Source of the DNA: a virus
Taxonomy: Duplodnaviria > Caudoviricetes
Direction: 5' to 3' (one strand)
Virus record (IMG/VR): IMGVR_UViG_3300025053_000003
Coordinates: 1-64,000 of that record
DNA: 64,000 nucleotides
The notes below the pieces were generated by a model. The model searched no databases, was not told the origin of the DNA, and saw only the letters and a program-made list of their open reading frames with translations. Position numbers and translations under genes: made by a program. Positions 58,748-64,000 of this stretch are shown here, in pieces (positions within the stretch are counted from its first letter, which is position 1; every line of letters starts with the position of its first letter).

Positions 58748-59164
58748 TTGATGAATAAAATGTTGGTTATTTTTTTGGTTTGTTTATATACTTTAATTCT
58801 GTCTTGTTTTATCAAAGTAAAGATGGATTATTTAAATGAGGAGATAGAAAATCTTAAAAACCAAAGTAAAATATCAGTATTAACAATGACAGTCACCGCG
58901 TTTACTTTATCAAGTAATGAATGTGGAGGGAATACCAAAAATACTTCTTTAATGACAAAGCCCAAATCAGGTTGGACTGTAGCTGTATCACCTGACAATA
59001 TGCATATGCTTGGAAAAAAAGTGTATATTGAAGGTTATGGGATCAGAAAAGTAGAATCATTAACTTCTAAGGTCTGCGAAAATACGATTGATATTTTAGT
59101 ATCGTCAGTGGAAGAAGCGAAAGAAATAGGGCGGAAAGAAACTAAAATAGTCCTGCTAAAGTAG
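58748..59164 (+). CDS. Membrane-anchored 3D-domain protein
   Basis: TM helix; MTVTAF, TVAVSPD, GKKVYIEGYG, IDI. Confidence 0.8.
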   Translation: MMNKMLVIFLVCLYTLILSCFIKVKMDYLNEEIENLKNQSKISVLTMTVTAFTLSSNECGGNTKNTSLMTKPKSGWTVAVSPDNMHMLGKKVYIEGYGIRKVESLTSKVCENTIDILVSSVEEAKEIGRKETKIVLLK

Positions 59165-59195
59165 GTTTAAGAAGAAAAGAGTTGGGCTAAATACG

Positions 59196-59738
59196 GTGAT
59201 CCGATTATTAAGATTGGGAAGCATATTTTCTATAAGAGTTAAAGGAGAATTTATGGCACAAAATATTATAACGGCAATAGGTTTGTTCATTGGAATTTGG
59301 TTCACTTTTGTGAATGTTTCTAGGATTTTCCTTAAAGTAAAAGTCCCTTCGATTAACTTCATTATTATGGCGTTAGGGTGGACGGTTTTCATTGCGATGA
59401 TGTGGGTGTTTTAGAATATGGAACGTGGTGAAATAGGAATGAAATTAGAAGCAGGCGAAATAGTCTATACTTCAACAGGGAGAGAAACTACTCCCTTCCC
59501 TAAAATTGACTGCGCCTCAAACAGAAAAGCTATTAACACCTTAAAGAGAATCGACAACTGGCTTATATTGAATGCGATCCAAGAAGCAGAATCAAGGTGT
59601 GACAATTTTAACCTTAGCCAATTTTTAGCAAATACAATTCAGCCGAATCAGGCAGACAAAGATTCGGCTGAATTGTATTTGTTCGGGGATTTTATCCCTC
59701 CTGTTGTATTGAAGCCTATATTGAAAAAGTTAATTTAA
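59196..59738 (+). other. Two hypothetical ORFs (membrane protein ~59232..59414; 59418..59738)
   Basis: ORF track, RBS. Confidence 0.65.
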
Positions 59739-60180
59739 ATGGGGCGATAAATGGCTTAAGCCTTCACCACCCAAATTAAAATCAAGGATTAATGCATTAG
59801 AAAAACCGAATAGGTTTGAACAACATTATTTGTATTGTTTTGATGAATGTAAGCATAGCTGCCCATTATTTAATTTGCGTTCTGACCCATTTAAAAGTGT
59901 AATTCAGAATTTTACATCTGGAGAACTTAAAGTTTTTGCTGATGAGGTAAAACATCGTCAATTTTTAGAATACGGTCACAACTTCTGTGAACTAGGCGAT
60001 TGTGAAGATGATAAAGAAGGGCCGTACCACGCACATCATGTAATCCCGAAATCAGTAGAATGGATATTTGGGCTTGACCCTGACAATGGGATTGTTGTAT
60101 GCCAGAAATGCCACGACAAGTTGCATAAGGGCGAGTGTAGTACAGGTGCACTAGCTCATAGAAATAAATGCAAGGAATAG
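59739..60180 (+). pseudogene. 5'-truncated HNH endonuclease, paralog of 13708 and 19052
   Basis: Open frame upstream of TTG 59830 (KWGDKWLKP..KSRINAL..HYLYCFDECKHSC), then HAHHVIP..DNGIVVCQKCH; no RBS or leader. Confidence 0.65.
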
Positions 60181-60187
60181 GAGATTT

Positions 60188-61732
60188 ATGTCAAGTATTA
60201 GAATAAAAAAAAGTGAAATAGAAAAGTCAATAGAAAAAAACATAATCACTCAGATGATTATAGATGATAGTGTATGTAGTGCTATTGTTGGGATAGCAAA
60301 GCCAGAGCATTTTGAAATATCTCATCTAAAAATTTTGCTGGTATGGATAAAAAACTACCATGAATCTTTTGGCCAAGCCCCGAACGACCAGATTCAGGAC
60401 GTTTTTAGAGTAAATTCAAGGAATATTTCATCTGAAGATGCAGAAATAATCCAAGATTTATTGATTGAATTATCTGACCAATACGTTAGTAAAAAAGAAA
60501 ATAAAAATTCTCAATTTTATATCAACGAGGCACTTGCTTATATCAAGAAACAATCATACCTTCGATTAAGTGAAAGAATTTCAAGTTTTGTGAAATTGGA
60601 TCAAGTTCAAGAAGCAGAGCAGGAATTAATTAAGCATAAGAATATCAGTGTTAAAACATCCGGTTGTATTAATCCAGATGACGAAGATTTTGTTATTCAA
60701 ACAATGTCTAATAGAAAAACTGATTTTCTTTTCACAATTCCTGGGCCATTAGGGGAATTGGTGCGCCCGGAGCGGGGGAGACTCTTTTCAGTTTTAGCGC
60801 CGCCAAAAACGGGCAAGACATTTTTTTTGAACAACCTCGGATTTTTAGCTCGAATGGAAAGATTAAAAGTTTTTGAATGTAATTGTGAAATGTCGGCAAC
60901 TAAATTGCATTATCGAACTCTAAAAAGAATGACAGGATGTTCTGAAGAAGCAGGTAAGTATACTATTCCAATTTCAGACTGTAAGGCAAATCAGATCGGA
61001 GTTTGTCAGAAAAGAGAGCGTGTTAATAAAATTAAAGTAATTAATAATGTTGGCGATATCGTACCATTTTCTGACGCTCCAATTGGTTATACCACTTGTA
61101 CGGCATGTAAAGACACTAAAAACAATAAAGATTTTAAATTGGCTATTTGGTATGAAGAAATAGAAAGACCAGCACTAACTTTAGATAGGGCAGTAAAAGC
61201 GACCAAATCATTAAATTTAATGTATGGAAGAGATACTTACCGGTTGAAAAGCTACCCGAAATTTTCCGCGACGGTACAGGATATTATCAATGATCTCGAC
61301 TTCTTAGCTTATTCTGAGGGGTTCTACCCAGACGTTCTTATAGTAGACTATGCAGATATTCTAAAACCTATTGATTCAAGAAGCGAAAATCGTTTTGCCT
61401 TGGATGAAATATGGAAAAACCTGGGGCGTATCGCTACAGAGAGAAATATCTTTGTAGCTACTGCAAGCCAAACAAATAGAACTGGTTCACAACAAAAGAA
61501 TATTGATGGGAGTGTCATAGCCGAGGCATTTTCAAAGGCCGCCCACGTAGATTCCTTCTGTGCTCTCGTTTCGACACCAATAGAAAAAACGAATGGATTG
61601 CTTAGAGTATCAAACATTTATAACCGCGATGGAGAGGCTGACCCGCATAAACAAGTTCTCCTCTTCCAAAACCTGGCACTCGGCCAACCGTTCCTCAATT
61701 CCGAATGGGTCGGAGAATATGATTCAGATTAA
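60188..61732 (+). CDS. DnaB-like (SF4) replicative helicase
   Basis: APPKTGKT, FECNCEM, IVDYAD, TASQTNR, AHVDSF, IYNRDG. Confidence 0.9.
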   Translation: MSSIRIKKSEIEKSIEKNIITQMIIDDSVCSAIVGIAKPEHFEISHLKILLVWIKNYHESFGQAPNDQIQDVFRVNSRNISSEDAEIIQDLLIELSDQYVSKKENKNSQFYINEALAYIKKQSYLRLSERISSFVKLDQVQEAEQELIKHKNISVKTSGCINPDDEDFVIQTMSNRKTDFLFTIPGPLGELVRPERGRLFSVLAPPKTGKTFFLNNLGFLARMERLKVFECNCEMSATKLHYRTLKRMTGCSEEAGKYTIPISDCKANQIGVCQKRERVNKIKVINNVGDIVPFSDAPIGYTTCTACKDTKNNKDFKLAIWYEEIERPALTLDRAVKATKSLNLMYGRDTYRLKSYPKFSATVQDIINDLDFLAYSEGFYPDVLIVDYADILKPIDSRSENRFALDEIWKNLGRIATERNIFVATASQTNRTGSQQKNIDGSVIAEAFSKAAHVDSFCALVSTPIEKTNGLLRVSNIYNRDGEADPHKQVLLFQNLALGQPFLNSEWVGEYDSD

Positions 61733-61804
61733 CCCTTGACCCCAACTAATATATTTGATATATTAACTGAAAGAAGTTGATTAAACAAAACTAAGGAGAG
61801 CAAA

Positions 61805-63173
61805 ATGTGGATGATTCTTGTAGCAATTATTGTAGCGACTGTTATTTCTGGGTTTTTAATGTTTAAAGGGGATGATGAATTTTCAACGCTCTTTCTGCTT
61901 TCCGGCCTTTTGCTTGCTTGCGGTGCTGGCCTTGCGGCTGTTGTATTCGCCATTCAGGGTTGGGGTTATATCGGTGCTATGCACAAAGCTAATATTATCA
62001 ATCGTGAGTATAACACCAATTATACTCAAGCGGAAGTATTTTACGCCAGTGGCGTAATCGATACCATTAGACAGCTTAACCGCCAGAGAATTGAACTTCA
62101 ACGGGAACATCATGTAGAATAAGGAGAAGTAATGTTTGAATGGATAGAAAAGATTATTCAAAATAGAAAAGAAATTAAGAAATTGATTATAGAAGAAAAA
62201 GAAAAGCTAAGGGAATTAGAATTAGATAACAAAAATAAGCGACTCGAAGATTTAACTATTTCAATGACTTCTAAACCTTGCGCAGTTCGTCAAAATGAAT
62301 GGAATTGTTATACTCAGTGTGTTCATTTTAAGAAAGGGTATGTAGGTTGTTCAGAATGGGATGGAAAGAATACCTACTATATAGAAGGGCCAACATGTAA
62401 GCTATGGAAGAGCTGAAATGAAAATCTCAAACGGATTTGAAATCGTAACTACACCATCAGCAGACGGTAAAATTTATCAAGAAACATTCAGCATTGAGAA
62501 CGACATCAGAAGAGTTTTAGTTAAACAAGTATCGGACACTAAAGAACAACAATTCCGAGAAGCACTGATTAAACTTGGTTGGACACCACCAGAAAACGAA
62601 ATCTGGAATGATGTAAAGAAATACTATATAGAGGATAGATAATGAAAATTACCACATTATATTTATTAAATTTTCTAACTTTTATAGCAATTTGGATATT
62701 TGGTTGTTTCCTTGTAGAAAATGTATTGAAAATTAAATCAACCTCTTGGATTATGTTCTGGGGTTATTGTTTTGGATTCTTTGGAATGAATATTGCTGAT
62801 TATTGCTTTTAGCTACCTGTAGAGATAGCATGAAAAAGTTGAATAGTCATAAATCATATCAATGCCCATTTCACTATGATAGGAAGCCAGAATGAAGAAG
62901 ATTAAGAAAGAAGACCATTTAACTATTTCACTGATTACAATTGCTTGCACCGTAGGTGTCTTTTGTGCATTGAACGGTAATTATACTGCTGCAATTTTGA
63001 CAATTACGATTTTAATCCAAATTCACACTATTATTGAAGATAAAAGTATTATTAAAACGATAGCAACTTCAATAAATTTAATAAATTTAATAAATAGACT
63101 CAAAGAGGACAAGTCCGAATTGAAGAAGGTAGTTAGAGAACATAAAGATAGACTTAACTTAATAAAATCTTAA
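61805..63173 (+). other. Run of small ORFs (61805, 62132, 62418, 62892 and others), several membrane-bound
   Basis: RBS, TM segments. Confidence 0.65.
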
Positions 63174-63363
63174 TCTAATAGATTTAACACTAAAGGAACA
63201 AAATGCCGATTGGACTTTGTTACTCAACCCGTTATAGTAATTTCTGGTGGAAGTGTATGGACTCAAAAAATGAATATGACCGGAAACCACTAAAGGACTG
63301 GATGGTCGAGGTGCAGATGTATTATATAATGGATGTTGGATTAGAATAATAAATAGGTGATTT

Positions 63364-63543
63364 ATGAAAACGGAAGACATAAGAATAGAAACCTACACAA
63401 GTTCGTCTCCTAAAATCACAATAAGGATGTTTCATATCCCAACTGGCGTCCATGTCGAAGAGACAGGAATAAGTAGCTATGTAATTAAAAATGAATTAAT
63501 TAAAAAGTTAGAAATGAAAATCAAAAAACTTTGGCTGGCATAA
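63364..63543 (+). CDS. Mini class-I release-factor-like domain lacking GGQ (59 aa, not in track)
   Basis: EDIRIETY..TIRMFHIPTGVHVE..KNELIKKL. Confidence 0.55.
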   Translation: MKTEDIRIETYTSSSPKITIRMFHIPTGVHVEETGISSYVIKNELIKKLEMKIKKLWLA

Positions 63544-63555
63544 TCAGGCAATATA

Positions 63556-63987
63556 ATGAACGAAAGTTGGGATGATATCGAAAATTGGGGATTAACTATG
63601 GAAGATTTTACTGATTTAAATAAGAAAACATCTTTTCGAAGGCAAGAAAGAATTTCATCTTACAACCTTGTTTCGGTTTTGTTTGCGAAAGAAAAGATTG
63701 TCTGTGTTGGTATACATAATTTAATTACAGGAAAAGAATGTAATGGAGAAATACAGAATATTTCCCCTACGGGCATAAAGATTTTGATTAAAGATGCTTG
63801 TTTTGTTATTTCTGATATATTAAGAATTTCTCTTGTTATAGGGACAAGGAAGATTTTTTGCAAAGCAAAAGTTGTGTGGATGGAAGAAGTTGACCATATA
63901 TCTTCTGTTGGGATAAAATTTACATCTATTTCAGAACCTGACGCAGATTTTATTAATAGCTTGCATTTAGCAATCCATTTGAAATAA
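63556..63987 (+). CDS. PilZ-domain protein
   Basis: RRQER (RxxxR), NISPTG (D/NxSxxG), AKVVW, VGIKF. Confidence 0.85.
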   Translation: MNESWDDIENWGLTMEDFTDLNKKTSFRRQERISSYNLVSVLFAKEKIVCVGIHNLITGKECNGEIQNISPTGIKILIKDACFVISDILRISLVIGTRKIFCKAKVVWMEEVDHISSVGIKFTSISEPDADFINSLHLAIHLK

Positions 63988-64000
63988 CCATTGACATGTC

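Noticed and set aside
1-64000. Diversity-generating retroelement, group I/II intron, integrase/att site
   Set aside because: No reverse transcriptase, recombinase or intron core motifs were seen; the HNH genes are free-standing

Overview
The whole window is part of a large (>64 kb), AT-rich tailed dsDNA phage genome. No host genes, integrase, DNA polymerase or lysis cassette are visible. Bases 1-21.3 kb form a minus-strand late module: TerS, TerL, a DNA methyltransferase, an HK97-type portal, a phosphoesterase, an unusual prohead protease-AAA+ ATPase fusion, the HK97 major capsid protein, decoration/fibre proteins, a GT2 glycosyltransferase and tRNA-Met. Four HNH endonuclease genes interrupt it, and each is preceded by the same covarying ~55-nt structured RNA leader. 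From 21.8 kb to the end genes are on the plus strand, except tnpB. They include PhoH, DUF932, a Ycf46-like AAA, a phosphoesterase, an SF2 helicase, a replication initiator with iterons, a DUF4942 methyltransferase, a DnaB-like helicase, a PilZ protein and many small ORFs. A mostly non-coding, repeat-rich stretch at 27.4-30.2 kb, with two octamer arrays, may be the genome end or packaging region. Sigma28/FliA-type promoters face the late module, and sigma70 promoters drive the early clusters. About ten genes, including TerL, carry nonsense or frameshift lesions, so the element may be defective or the sequence may contain errors. All family assignments come from motifs recognised by eye, not from database searches.
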